Assembly (NCBI GenBank): GCA_045651985.1
Contig: JAZRTK010000020.1
Coordinates: 717 to 64,716 of the forward strand
DNA length: 64,000 nucleotides
Direction of reading: 5' to 3'
Origin: Eubacteriales bacterium
GTDB taxonomy: Bacteria; Bacillota; Clostridia; Oscillospirales; CAG-272
A model generated the notes under the pieces. That model was not told the origin of the DNA, searched no databases, and saw only the letters and a program-made list of their open reading frames with translations. Both the position numbers and the translations under genes were made by a program. Shown here in pieces: positions 20,140 to 29,748 of this stretch. Position 1 is the first letter of the stretch. Each line of letters starts with the position of its first letter.

Positions 20140-20243
20140 AAAAAAGAGTGCGGACGGCGAGACTAAACTGCAAAGGAACGTATAGAAAAGCCGCAGAACC
20201 TGCCGTCTCCCTCGGTAAGATCTCCCGAATTGGTGTGCCCGCA
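20140..20243 (-). ncRNA. Candidate ~100-nt structured small RNA or leader
   Basis: GC-rich island in an AT-rich intergenic region; nested stems with G-U pairs on the minus strand, 3' U-tract, upstream TTGAAA..TATAT. Confidence 0.4.
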
Positions 20244-20345
20244 TATAACACGCTGTGCTTTGTTTTTCAAGGCTGAATTGCCTTTTCGCCTTGACCTTTC
20301 GGGCAAAAGGTGATATACTTGATCTTGAAAAAGGAGCGTGATCAT

Positions 20346-20852
20346 GTGGGTGAATTAACATTTAGATTTCTCGAAAAGGACGAATTTGAGCAACGGGGTG
20401 CGGAGCTTTTTGACATCATGTATTCGAATATGTCGGTCATCGCGCCATTCAAGAACGGGTACGACGAGGAAAAAACCGATTGGATTTGCACATACGGCGG
20501 AGCGTTTCGGGGCAGAGAAGAACGCAGGATCGTGCTCATAACCACTTGCGACGGCGAGATAAAAGGCTTTTTCGGATATTGTGCCCGGGGTGAGATTTTT
20601 GATATGGAGGAGATACAGTTTTTACCCGAAATTCAGGGAAAGGACGGCATTTTCCGACGGCTTTACGGACTTGTTTTAAGCAAGCTTCCCGACAGTATAA
20701 AATACGTCGAAGCTTGCGCCAACAAGGAAAATAAAAAGTCTCAAGCGATCTTGGCGAAGCTGGGACTGAAGAGAACAGGCGCAGACGACGAAAAAGGGAT
20801 TTTATTTTTCCGCGGCGATCTTGCAGACCTTATGAAATGGTACAATAAATAA
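20346..20852 (+). CDS. GNAT-family N-acetyltransferase
   Basis: AAGGAG RBS with GTG start; PEIQGKDGI and NKKSQAILAKLGL motifs; promoter TTGACC-N17-TATACT. Confidence 0.75.
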   Translation: MGELTFRFLEKDEFEQRGAELFDIMYSNMSVIAPFKNGYDEEKTDWICTYGGAFRGREERRIVLITTCDGEIKGFFGYCARGEIFDMEEIQFLPEIQGKDGIFRRLYGLVLSKLPDSIKYVEACANKENKKSQAILAKLGLKRTGADDEKGILFFRGDLADLMKWYNK

Positions 20853-20882
20853 ATAGATCCCAACGACTGTTGGGATCTATTT
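20851..20882. terminator. Bidirectional terminator
   Basis: AATAGATCCCAAC-GACT-GTTGGGATCTATT. Confidence 0.85.
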
Positions 20883-21945
20883 ATTTGCTTTTGTCTTCGA
20901 GGTTTTGAAAACCTTGCGAGGTCTGTATCTGACCGTCGGGGAAGACCCAGAGGGCTTCCACGTCTTCAAGGGAGTTTATCAGATCAAGTCCTTTTGCGTA
21001 GGGCATACAGAACAGCGCGGTGGAAAGGGCGTCGCCCAGACCGCTGTCGCGGCAGACGATCGACACCGACAAGTACTCCTTGGCGGGCTGAAGCGTCAGC
21101 GGGTCGATGATATGGTGGTAATTTGCGCCGTTCACCGTGTAATATCTCTGGTAGGAGCCGCTGGTCACCACTGAGCAGTCTGACACCTTCAGGTATTTGA
21201 TATAGGTCTGCTCGGATTCAATTCCGGGGTTTTCGATACCCGCCGTCCATTTCTCGCCGCCCGGCTTTGAGCCCACGGTACGGACGTTTCCGCCCACGTT
21301 TATAACGTAAGCTCCGATGCCCTTTTCCTCAAGAAATCGCGCCGCCATTTCAACGGCGTAGCCCTTTGCGATAGCACCAACGTCAAGCGTCATTTTAGGG
21401 TCGGAGATGAAGACCGTGGAATTTTTGTCGTCGATTATGAGATTATTTATGTCCGTGTGCTTTGCCGCTTCGTCCAGCAATTCTTGCGGTGGAAGCTCCG
21501 CGTTTTTAGGATCGTTTAAGCCTGCCGTGCGGTAGTCGTGCCATATGGAAAGCACGCTTCCCATGGCGATATTCACCTTTCCGTCGGTCAACTCGTACAT
21601 TTCTTTTGCGTAAAGCAGCAGGTCGATTATCTCGCGGTCCACTTTTATCACTCTGTGCGCGCCGTCTTTTACCTCGTTTACGGTGCAGAGGTTTTCCAGT
21701 CCCTCAAAGCGACGGTAAATGGTGAAAAGCCGATGGTATTCACCCAACAGTGAAAGAACCTCGCCGCTTGTTTCGTCGAACTTCTCCTTGCTTTGCTCGT
21801 AGCCCGTGATAGTGGTGGCGGTGTCGAAGTAATCAAGGGAATAAGCCGAAAACTTCTCCGTTGGGGGCGCGCAGGAGGGAAGATATGCGGACAGAATGAG
21901 AGCGAGCGCAAGGAATGCGCAGGACAACTTTGTTGTTTTTTTCAT
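20881..21945 (-). CDS. apbE: FAD:protein FMN transferase (ApbE/FmnB), lipoprotein
   Basis: LDVGAIAKGYA, VTSGSYQRY, YHHIIDP, GDALSTA; lipoprotein-like N-terminus. Confidence 0.95.
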   Translation of the reverse strand: MKKTTKLSCAFLALALILSAYLPSCAPPTEKFSAYSLDYFDTATTITGYEQSKEKFDETSGEVLSLLGEYHRLFTIYRRFEGLENLCTVNEVKDGAHRVIKVDREIIDLLLYAKEMYELTDGKVNIAMGSVLSIWHDYRTAGLNDPKNAELPPQELLDEAAKHTDINNLIIDDKNSTVFISDPKMTLDVGAIAKGYAVEMAARFLEEKGIGAYVINVGGNVRTVGSKPGGEKWTAGIENPGIESEQTYIKYLKVSDCSVVTSGSYQRYYTVNGANYHHIIDPLTLQPAKEYLSVSIVCRDSGLGDALSTALFCMPYAKGLDLINSLEDVEALWVFPDGQIQTSQGFQNLEDKSK

Positions 21946-21998
21946 TAATTCCTCTGTGTAAAAAAAGGGAGGTTGGACCTCCCTTTTTGTTTTTTTAA

Positions 21999-23030
21999 TC
22001 AACCGAGCTTTGCAGCAGCTTTTGTAAAGCCTGTCACGTAAATGGTGCAGCCTGCAGCCTGAACGTCAGCGTTGCCGCGTCCGTCCTCGCCGACAAAGCC
22101 TGCGATCTCAGCGGGAGTCTTGCCGATAGAGGTTGCATCAAATGCGGCAGCCTGCTCGAACCACTCCTTGGAAGCGCCACCGTAAGCAACCATGCCGTAG
22201 TTTGCGCCCTTTTCCTTCTTTGTGAGAATTTCAGCAGCAGCGTCGAAGTTGGACTTGCCTGTTGTGTCGAAGCCGAAACTTACCTCAACGCAGTCGCTGG
22301 AAGCGGCAACGACCTTGCCCTGAGCGTCAAGAGCAGCAGCAAAGAGAGTCGTCTCTACCTTGTTTGTGCCTGTCTTGTCCTCGGTTGCGTCAGAAATAGT
22401 CTGTGCTGTGGAGACACCAAGCTTGAGAGTGCTGTCGGCAGTTGCCTGAGACTCCGTTGCGTTTGCGATAGCCTTTTCGATAGCGTTTGCAAATTCAACG
22501 ATAGTGATGGTGCAGCCTGCGTTGAGTACGTCCTCCGTACCCTTGTCACCGTCAACCACGAGAGCCTTGACCTCGTCAGCCGTTTTGCCAACGATGAGAG
22601 CGCAGAACGCGTCGACCTGCTCGAACCATTCCTTTGCGGCGCCGCCGTATGCGACCATGCCGTAGTTTGTGCCCTGCTCGTACTTTGTTTTAAACTCTTC
22701 AACTGCAACTGCCTTGCCGTCGAGGGTATAACCTACCTTGTTGTCAGCGCAGTCGATTACTGCTTTTACGATCTTACCGTCGGCGTCAACGAGAACAGCA
22801 GCTGCCGTAATCGTTGCCTGACCCTGACCGTTCTTTTCCTCTGTTGCGTCGGTAGCGGAAGCCTTAACGTAAACGCCGAGACCGAGCTTAAGTGCGGATG
22901 CGGGTGTCTTGTTTTCTGTTTCGGGAGCGTCCGTGCCGTTACCGTCGGAGGGCTTTTCTCCACAGCCTGCGAAAGCGAAAGCACAGAGAACCATTACGAG
23001 AACAAGAAGAAGAGAAACTAACTTTTTCAT
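21999..23030 (-). CDS. Extracytoplasmic lipoprotein with two tandem FMN-binding-like (PplA-type) domains
   Basis: Lipobox FAGC; two repeats of NYGMVAYGGAxKEWFEQ...AGCTI; adjacent to apbE; own promoter TTGACA-N17-TATAAT at ~23096-23124. Confidence 0.8.
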   Translation of the reverse strand: MKKLVSLLLVLVMVLCAFAFAGCGEKPSDGNGTDAPETENKTPASALKLGLGVYVKASATDATEEKNGQGQATITAAAVLVDADGKIVKAVIDCADNKVGYTLDGKAVAVEEFKTKYEQGTNYGMVAYGGAAKEWFEQVDAFCALIVGKTADEVKALVVDGDKGTEDVLNAGCTITIVEFANAIEKAIANATESQATADSTLKLGVSTAQTISDATEDKTGTNKVETTLFAAALDAQGKVVAASSDCVEVSFGFDTTGKSNFDAAAEILTKKEKGANYGMVAYGGASKEWFEQAAAFDATSIGKTPAEIAGFVGEDGRGNADVQAAGCTIYVTGFTKAAAKLG

Positions 23031-23119
23031 TTTTATACTCCTTTTTGCGTGTTTTTAAATTTGCCTATGAATTTTTGCAAGCATTACTGCGCGAATTATA
23101 CCACATTGACATTGTTTTG

Positions 23120-23656
23120 TCAATACCTGTTTCGGAATTTTATTTGTCGAATAAACCTTTTTGACAATCTTTTCACAAGATAGGCACCAAGGAGACCGAC
23201 AAATACGCCCGAGATCGTTCCCGTCACGGTCAGGACGACCATATAATAGGCGATCTGGGGGGTGTTCAGCAGGAAAACGGCTATCAAAATCTGTCCCAGA
23301 TTGTGCGCCACACCTCCTGCGACGCTGACTCCCACACAAGAAAGTTTGTCCGTTTTCTTCAAAATTATCATCATAAGAAGGCTCAGAATCGCGCCTGCCG
23401 CGCTGTAAGCAAACATCACGGGGTTACCGAAGAGAAGCGAGGACACGCAAAGTCTCACAAAGGACACGCACGCCGCCGCTTTTGCACTCATGCAATACAG
23501 GACGCATAGGATAATAACGTTGGGCAGACCTATCTTGATTCCGGGTACTGCCGCGTAAAGGGGCGGAAGAAGGAACTCCACGTAGGACAAAAGAAGAGCA
23601 AGTGATGCGGAAAGCCCGAGAAACGCAACTTTTTTTGTTGACGACTGCTTTTTCAC
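23120..23656 (-). CDS. Gx transporter family / heptaprenyl diphosphate synthase component I-like membrane protein (EetB-like)
   Basis: VPGIKIGLPN and GVSVAGGVAHNLGQ motifs. Confidence 0.88.
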   Translation of the reverse strand: MKKQSSTKKVAFLGLSASLALLLSYVEFLLPPLYAAVPGIKIGLPNVIILCVLYCMSAKAAACVSFVRLCVSSLLFGNPVMFAYSAAGAILSLLMMIILKKTDKLSCVGVSVAGGVAHNLGQILIAVFLLNTPQIAYYMVVLTVTGTISGVFVGLLGAYLVKRLSKRFIRQIKFRNRY

Positions 23657-23666
23657 GCTATCCCTC

Positions 23667-24086
23667 CTATGCTATAATATCGGGCTGATCGTCCGAGGAC
23701 GAATGGACACGGATAACAACCTTGTTTGGCAGGCAGATAATGCTCTCGCCATCGTGCTTTACGGGGCGGTGAGAGGAGCAGATGCCGTCGGGGCAGCTCG
23801 CCTTTTCCACACGGGCGTAACCGTTCTCAATTATGAGAGTGTTGTAGCCTCCGTCCCGTTTTATCTCTACCGTGCGGTCTTCAGACAGCGAATATTCCCC
23901 GAAAAACTTGCCGTCAACGGTGACGGTTACTCGATCGCCCTCTGAGCGAAATAAAAAGAGCGTCAGAGCGAAAATTCCCGCCAAAAAGAGAAGAACGGCA
24001 ATAAAAATAAGGTCGTTCTTTGTTTTTCTCCTGCCTTCCGCCAAAGCGGAGGCAGGAGAATTTGTGTTATTTTCAAATGACTTCAT
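23667..24086 (-). CDS. NusG domain II-containing membrane-anchored protein (EetA-like)
   Basis: TM anchor, then NTLIIENG..ASCPDGIC..IICLPNKVVI. Confidence 0.88.
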   Translation of the reverse strand: MKSFENNTNSPASALAEGRRKTKNDLIFIAVLLFLAGIFALTLFLFRSEGDRVTVTVDGKFFGEYSLSEDRTVEIKRDGGYNTLIIENGYARVEKASCPDGICSSHRPVKHDGESIICLPNKVVIRVHSSSDDQPDIIA

Positions 24087-24087
24087 T

Positions 24088-24918
24088 TTATCTGTCCCAG
24101 ACGAAATCCTCGGGAAGATCGGGGAAGAATACCTTCTTGATGCAGCCCGTGGGACAAACCTCGGCGCACTTGCCGCAGCCTGTGCACTTTTCGTAGTCGA
24201 TAACGGCACAGTTGTCCACGACCTTAATGGCATCGTGAGGGCAGGTCTTTTCGCACCTGTGGCAAGCAATACAAGCGTTCTTGCAAACTTTGCGCGCGTC
24301 AGCGCCCTTGTCCTTGTTGTTGCAATAAACGACGGTTGCCGCCTCCTGAGGGATCATGGAGATGATGTTCTTTGGACATTCCTTTGCGCACATTCCGCAG
24401 CCTATGCAGCGGGCGGTGTTGACTCTTGCTATTCCGTCTGAGATGCAGATGGCGTCGGAAATGCAGACCGAAGCGCAGTCGCCGCAGCCGAGACAGCCGT
24501 AGGTGCAGAGCTTGGGACCGCCGTAGGTCTGACTTGCAGCCTTGCAGGTCTCAATGCCCTTGTAGAGAGCTTTGTGGGGAGCGGCTTCGCAGGTGCCGTT
24601 ACAATGAACGAACGCCACGAAGTCCTTGGGTTCCTCGACTTCAACGCCCATGATCTCGCTCAGCTGCTTTGCAACAGCCTCGGCACCGGGAATGCACAGG
24701 TTGGGCTTTGCCTCACCCTTTGCCATGGCCTCTGCATAGTCGTTACAGCCCTTGAATCCGCAGGCACCGCAGTTGATGCCGGGGAGGAGCTCTCTTAATT
24801 TCTTTGCCTTTTCGTCCTCCTCGATTCCAAAGAAACGGGAAACGATCGCAAGCAGGATTCCGAAAAGGAGACCTACCGCCACAACGACGGCAAAAGCAGT
24901 TAAAACATCAATTAACAT
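24088..24918 (-). CDS. rnfB: Rnf complex subunit B
   Basis: LPGINCGACGFKGC; multiple CxxCxxCxxxCP ferredoxin motifs. Confidence 0.95.
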   Translation of the reverse strand: MLIDVLTAFAVVVAVGLLFGILLAIVSRFFGIEEDEKAKKLRELLPGINCGACGFKGCNDYAEAMAKGEAKPNLCIPGAEAVAKQLSEIMGVEVEEPKDFVAFVHCNGTCEAAPHKALYKGIETCKAASQTYGGPKLCTYGCLGCGDCASVCISDAICISDGIARVNTARCIGCGMCAKECPKNIISMIPQEAATVVYCNNKDKGADARKVCKNACIACHRCEKTCPHDAIKVVDNCAVIDYEKCTGCGKCAEVCPTGCIKKVFFPDLPEDFVWDR

Positions 24919-24931
24919 ACGTATCCCCCTC

Positions 24932-25531
24932 TCATGCAAACAGATTGTCGACGATTCCCGCAAGGCCCATAAAAGCAAGGGAGATAAAGGAAGCGGCGAT
25001 CAGGGTGATGGCAACTCCGCGGAAGGGCTTGGGGACCTCTACCTCGTCGATGCGGGAGCGAATGCCCGAGAAAAGCACCATGGCGAGGAGGAAACCAAGT
25101 CCGCAGCCAAGGGAGCTGACCATGGACTCAATGAAAGTGTAGTTGTCGGTGATGTTGTTTATAGCAACGCCGAGAACCGCGCAGTTGGTCGTAATAAGAG
25201 GCAGGTAAACTCCGAGTCCGCGGTGAAGTGCGGGAGAGAATTTTTTCAAGATCACCTCAAGCATCTGCACAAGAGAAGCGATTACCAGAATAAATACGAT
25301 GGTCTGCAGGTATCCTAAGCCAAATGCGTCCAGAACGAAGCGCTGAATGGGCCAGGTAACAAGCGTTGCAAGAAGCATTACGGCAGTGACCGAAACGCCC
25401 ATGCCCGCCGCCTGGTCTAATTTCTTTGAAACGCCCAGGAAGGGACAGATACCAAGGAAGCGTGCCAAAACGTAGTTGTTGACCAGCACCGAGGACAAAA
25501 GTATAACGACAAGATTCTTAAATCCTTCCAT
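24932..25531 (-). CDS. rnfA: Rnf complex subunit A
   Basis: NNYVLARFLGICPFLG, YLPLITTNCAVLG. Confidence 0.96.
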   Translation of the reverse strand: MEGFKNLVVILLSSVLVNNYVLARFLGICPFLGVSKKLDQAAGMGVSVTAVMLLATLVTWPIQRFVLDAFGLGYLQTIVFILVIASLVQMLEVILKKFSPALHRGLGVYLPLITTNCAVLGVAINNITDNYTFIESMVSSLGCGLGFLLAMVLFSGIRSRIDEVEVPKPFRGVAITLIAASFISLAFMGLAGIVDNLFA

Positions 25532-26224
25532 TTACGCTTCCTCCTTTCCCTGCGCACATTCGGACGAGGAGCAGAGGTGCGCTCCGGGACAGCCTGCACA
25601 GGAGAATGATTTTTTCTTGGGGGCTTTGCCTGACGTAAGTGCGCTTACCAGCGCGATGAGCAGACCGTAGACGAGCAGACCGCCGGGAGCCTTTACCAAA
25701 AATTCGATCTTGTAGCTTTCAAGGGCAGGTATTGCAATTCCCGCAAAGCTTGCGGCGCCGAACACTTCGCGAAGCGTTGCCATAGAGCATAAAGCCAAGG
25801 AAAAGCCGATGCCCATGCCCAGACCGTCAAGAGCGGACGCCCCGACGGAGTTTTTGCTTGCAAACATTTCGGCACGTCCCAAAATAATGCAGTTTACAAC
25901 GATCAGAGGCAGATAGACGCCCAGCATATTGTAAAGATCGGGGAAAAACGCCTGCACAAGCATCTGAACGACTGTAACAAATCCCGCGATGATTACGATA
26001 TAGCAAGGGATACGCACGTTGTCGGGGATAACTTTACGGAGCAGGGAAATGAGCATGTTGGAGCAGATAAGCACCGCCAGAGTTGCAATTCCCATACCAA
26101 AAGCCCCGAACACGTTGGTGGTGGTCGCAAGGGTAGGGCAGGTGCCAAGGATAAGCACCAGAGTGGGGTTTTCCTTTATAATGCCGTTTAAAAGAACGGA
26201 AAGACAGTTGTTCTTTTTCATCAT
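25532..26224 (-). CDS. rnfE: Rnf complex subunit E
   Basis: ENPTLVLILGTCP, PLIVVNCIILGRAE. Confidence 0.96.
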   Translation of the reverse strand: MMKKNNCLSVLLNGIIKENPTLVLILGTCPTLATTTNVFGAFGMGIATLAVLICSNMLISLLRKVIPDNVRIPCYIVIIAGFVTVVQMLVQAFFPDLYNMLGVYLPLIVVNCIILGRAEMFASKNSVGASALDGLGMGIGFSLALCSMATLREVFGAASFAGIAIPALESYKIEFLVKAPGGLLVYGLLIALVSALTSGKAPKKKSFSCAGCPGAHLCSSSECAQGKEEA

Positions 26225-27411
26225 TCATTCACCCCCTCAAAGATCTTAACGGCGTTGAAGGCGCGTTCGATCGCCTTAGTGTAGCCGTTTGTTGTAAGAG
26301 TTGCGCCCGAGATCGCATCGATCTCGGTGTAATCTGCTTCGGTCTTGCCGTCGAACTGACCGTAGAACTTTTCATCGGCGCAAGCGTCGCCGAGTCCTTG
26401 GGTTTCAGCCTGGGAGATGGTGAAGCAGTCGATGATCCTGCCGTCGGCAGTAATGGATACACGGACCATGATATATTCGCCCGATGCGGGGTGATATTCA
26501 TCACCGCCCACGATTCCGTATCCTGCCGCCTTGATCTCAATAATATAATTGCCCGTTGCCGTCTTGCTGACCTGTGTGAGCTGAGAGGGAAGTCCCTCGT
26601 AAGCATTAAGGTCCACGGGCTCGGAGGTCGTTGCATTGACAGTCTCAACGGCGGTCTTTACCACCTGAGCCTCGTCCGCTGACGCCTCGGTGAGGGCGTT
26701 GCCTTCGTTGTCAGCACCGATAAACTTTTCACCGATGACGCAAACGTAGCCCGACTTATTATCTGCGACGTACATAGCGTCAACCCCCTCGACGACCTCA
26801 ACGAAGAAGATCTTTGTGAAAGCGCCGTTGGCTGCGCCAAGCGCACTTTCAAGGTTGTCCTGAAGGATCTCTTCCTCGGTTCGGGTGTCGATTGACGCAC
26901 CGCCTAAGATAAGAGCGGTATTCAAAGCGTCCTTGACTGCCGAGCGGTATGCCGCCGTGGTTTTTGTCGCACCTGAAATTATTTCAACTGCGTCAATATC
27001 CTCTGCGGTCTTGCCCTCAAGGGTGGGTGCAAACCTGCCTGCAGCCTCACCGCCGATCGAAGGGGTTTCGGAGGAGGAAAGGAGCTTTGAGCCCGCAACC
27101 GTACCGTCCGCGTTGATTCCGCACATGATGACCATGCCCGAGGCATAACCCGTGGTGGTCATCTGTACCACACAGCCGCCGCTTGAGGCTTTGTAGACGG
27201 CTGTAACGGTGGAGGGCAGGGTGTATGCGGTCATATCAACCGTCTCAAAGGTTCCGCCGTTGGGCAGGACTTCAAGGAGGGCGGCGTTTGCGTTTGCCGC
27301 CTCATTCTTTTCAATAATGGGGGCAGTGATCGAATTGGTCAGTGCCATGACGACAGATACAACGGCACAGATGCTGACCAGAACGACGATACTTTTAATT
27401 GAACTTTTCAT
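26221..27411 (-). CDS. rnfG: Rnf subunit G with two FMN-binding domains
   Basis: TM anchor; ETPSIG..ISGATKT and ETQGLG..ISGATLT. Confidence 0.9.
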   Translation of the reverse strand: MKSSIKSIVVLVSICAVVSVVMALTNSITAPIIEKNEAANANAALLEVLPNGGTFETVDMTAYTLPSTVTAVYKASSGGCVVQMTTTGYASGMVIMCGINADGTVAGSKLLSSSETPSIGGEAAGRFAPTLEGKTAEDIDAVEIISGATKTTAAYRSAVKDALNTALILGGASIDTRTEEEILQDNLESALGAANGAFTKIFFVEVVEGVDAMYVADNKSGYVCVIGEKFIGADNEGNALTEASADEAQVVKTAVETVNATTSEPVDLNAYEGLPSQLTQVSKTATGNYIIEIKAAGYGIVGGDEYHPASGEYIMVRVSITADGRIIDCFTISQAETQGLGDACADEKFYGQFDGKTEADYTEIDAISGATLTTNGYTKAIERAFNAVKIFEGVNE

Positions 27412-28334
27412 TTCTTCTGACCTCCGAAAACCTTAAATGCTCCGAGCTTTTCGATATACGGAGTCAGTATGTTCATAAACAGGATAGCAAAGGACACGCC
27501 CTCCGGATATACGCCGAAATGGCGGATAAGGAAGGTGAGCAGACCCGCGCCGAGGGCGAAAACTATCTTGCCCAGAGGTGTGGGAGGGGACGTTACGTAG
27601 TCGGTCGCCATAAAAATGGCGCCGATAAAGAGACCTCCCGAGAGAATGAGTGCCGTTGCCGCGGTCGCGTTTCCTTCAACGGCGAAGGACAGAAGGAACA
27701 CAGACCCGATGTAGACCACGGGAATGTGCCACGTTATAACGCGGCGAATGAGCAGGTAGACAAAACCCACGAGAAGAGCCGCCGCGCTTACCTCGCCGAT
27801 AGCACCGCCGACCCGTCCCACAAACAGATCAAGCAAAGAGGGTGTTGTGCCCTGGGAGATCTGCATAAGAGGAGTTGCGCTTGAAAGTGCGTCAACGCCC
27901 GCGGGAAAATCCGCCTTTGCCACGCTGCCAAATGCAACCAACATAAAAACGCGCGCCGTTATTGCGGGGTTTACAAGATTGCGTCCGATTCCGCCGAACA
28001 GGCATTTAACGAGAATAATGGCGAATACGGAGCCTACTGCGCACTGCCAGATCGGGACGTTTGCGGGTAGGTTGAGCGCCAGAAGAAGACCCGTGACGGC
28101 GGCACTCAGGTCGCCTACCGTCTGGTCTTTCTTTGTGATAAGGTTAAAAAGTGCTTCGAGAAGCACACATGAAGCCACGCATACTGCCACTACAAGCAGA
28201 GAACGCAGCCCGAAAATGACGGTGCCCGCGAGCGTGGTAGGGAGAAGAGCGATAATAACGTCGCGCATGATAGCGGACGTAGATCTTCCGCTGTGGATAT
28301 GGGGGGACACCGAGAGGGTCAGTAAATTATCCAT
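27408..28334 (-). CDS. rnfD: Rnf complex subunit D
   Basis: SPHIH, GGIGRNLVNPA, SSATPL, FMATDYVTSP. Confidence 0.96.
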   Translation of the reverse strand: MDNLLTLSVSPHIHSGRSTSAIMRDVIIALLPTTLAGTVIFGLRSLLVVAVCVASCVLLEALFNLITKKDQTVGDLSAAVTGLLLALNLPANVPIWQCAVGSVFAIILVKCLFGGIGRNLVNPAITARVFMLVAFGSVAKADFPAGVDALSSATPLMQISQGTTPSLLDLFVGRVGGAIGEVSAAALLVGFVYLLIRRVITWHIPVVYIGSVFLLSFAVEGNATAATALILSGGLFIGAIFMATDYVTSPPTPLGKIVFALGAGLLTFLIRHFGVYPEGVSFAILFMNILTPYIEKLGAFKVFGGQKK

Positions 28335-29640
28335 TCTTTGAGGTCTCCTTTGCTTTTTCGTCACGAAGCAGCTGCTTTGACAGGGTGTTGGTCTGAACGA
28401 GCGGACGGTTTGCGGGACAGATAAAGCTGCAGCAGCCGCAGAGCATGCACATGTCCACCGACAGGCGGCGGAGTGCTTGGGCATCCTTTTTCTTGTATGC
28501 AAGCAGGATCTCTGCAGGGTTAAGACCGAAGGGACAAGCATTTGTGCAGGCTCCGCAGCGAATACACGCGGTGGTCTTTGGGAGCTTTGCCTCCTTTGCG
28601 GTCAGAGCGATCACGGCGTTACTGCTCTTAAGCACGGGAACGTCGGCGTTTGGTACGGCAACGCCCATCATGGGACCGCCGTAAAGTATCTTTTTGGGCT
28701 CTGCCTTAAAACCGCCGCAGAAGTCAAAGAGAACGGAAAGAGGCGTTCCGATAGGAACGATCACGTTCTTGGGCTCTGCCACGGCGCCGCCGTCAACGGT
28801 GACGCACTTTTCTACCAGCGGCATACCCGTTTTCAGATACGAGCCGATAGCGGCTACCGTCGTGCAGTTGTTGACGACGCAGCCCACGTCAATAGGAAGC
28901 ATGCCTGCGCCGATCTTCTTCTTTGTGGTGTGATAAACCAAGACCTTTTCGCCGCCCTGGGGATAGACCTGAGGAAGAACGGCGACCTCGCAGCCTTCTA
29001 TCTTTTGAGCCATTGTCTTCATTGACTCGATGGCTCGCTTTTTGTTGCTTTCGATACCGATGATGATGCGCTTCAGTCCGAAATGCTTTTTAAGAGCGAG
29101 GATAGCGTATTCCATATCGTCGGCGCGCTCTGTCATTGTAAGAGAGTCGCTTGTGATATAAGGCTCGCACTCTGCGCCGTTAATTATAAACTCCTCGATG
29201 CGCTCGGGGTCAACGTCCCACTTGACGTAGGTCGGAAAACCCGCGCCGCCAAGTCCGACGATCCCGCTTTTTCTTATAGCTTCGATAAGTTCCTGTCGGG
29301 AGTTTACCTGTGGGACTGCGATATTCTCGTCGGGGGTCATCTCCCCGTCCGATTCGATAATTACGGCAGGACAGGTCTTGCCGTTTGACGTGGGAACGTC
29401 GGAAATTTTTGTCACCTTGCCCGATACGGAAGCGTAAATTGGGGAGGAAACGGCACCCGTGCCCTCAGCGACGAGCGTTCCTACCTTTACAAGGTCGCCG
29501 ACCTTGACTGCAGGAACGGCAGGTGCGCCGATGTGCATCTGCATGGGCAGGGTCACGGATTTTACGTCTGTGAGACGCTCGGCAGATTTATCGGCGGTAT
29601 TCTTTCTGTGCGGGGTGTGAACTCCGTGTAAAAAGGACAT
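28327..29640 (-). CDS. rnfC: Rnf complex subunit C
   Basis: GIVGLGGAGFPT, INGAECEPY, YPQGGEK, two 4Fe-4S motifs. Confidence 0.97.
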   Translation of the reverse strand: MSFLHGVHTPHRKNTADKSAERLTDVKSVTLPMQMHIGAPAVPAVKVGDLVKVGTLVAEGTGAVSSPIYASVSGKVTKISDVPTSNGKTCPAVIIESDGEMTPDENIAVPQVNSRQELIEAIRKSGIVGLGGAGFPTYVKWDVDPERIEEFIINGAECEPYITSDSLTMTERADDMEYAILALKKHFGLKRIIIGIESNKKRAIESMKTMAQKIEGCEVAVLPQVYPQGGEKVLVYHTTKKKIGAGMLPIDVGCVVNNCTTVAAIGSYLKTGMPLVEKCVTVDGGAVAEPKNVIVPIGTPLSVLFDFCGGFKAEPKKILYGGPMMGVAVPNADVPVLKSSNAVIALTAKEAKLPKTTACIRCGACTNACPFGLNPAEILLAYKKKDAQALRRLSVDMCMLCGCCSFICPANRPLVQTNTLSKQLLRDEKAKETSKNG

Positions 29641-29719
29641 CTTGTTTTCTACCTTTCTGTTAATTTTTTCACATATAAAATATTAATTTTTGTATATATT
29701 ATATATAGTTTGCCAACAT

Positions 29720-29748
29720 ATTGTACCATTTAAACGCGCTTTTGTCAA
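29720..29748 (-). promoter_or_regulatory. SigA promoter of the rnf operon
   Basis: TTGACA-N17-TACAAT; a divergent TTGACA-N17-TATAAT lies at ~29771-29799. Confidence 0.75.

Noticed and set aside
29660-29720. Rex operator at the rnf promoter
   Set aside because: AT-rich quasi-palindromes are present, but the match to TTGTGAA-N4-TTCACAA is too poor to call.
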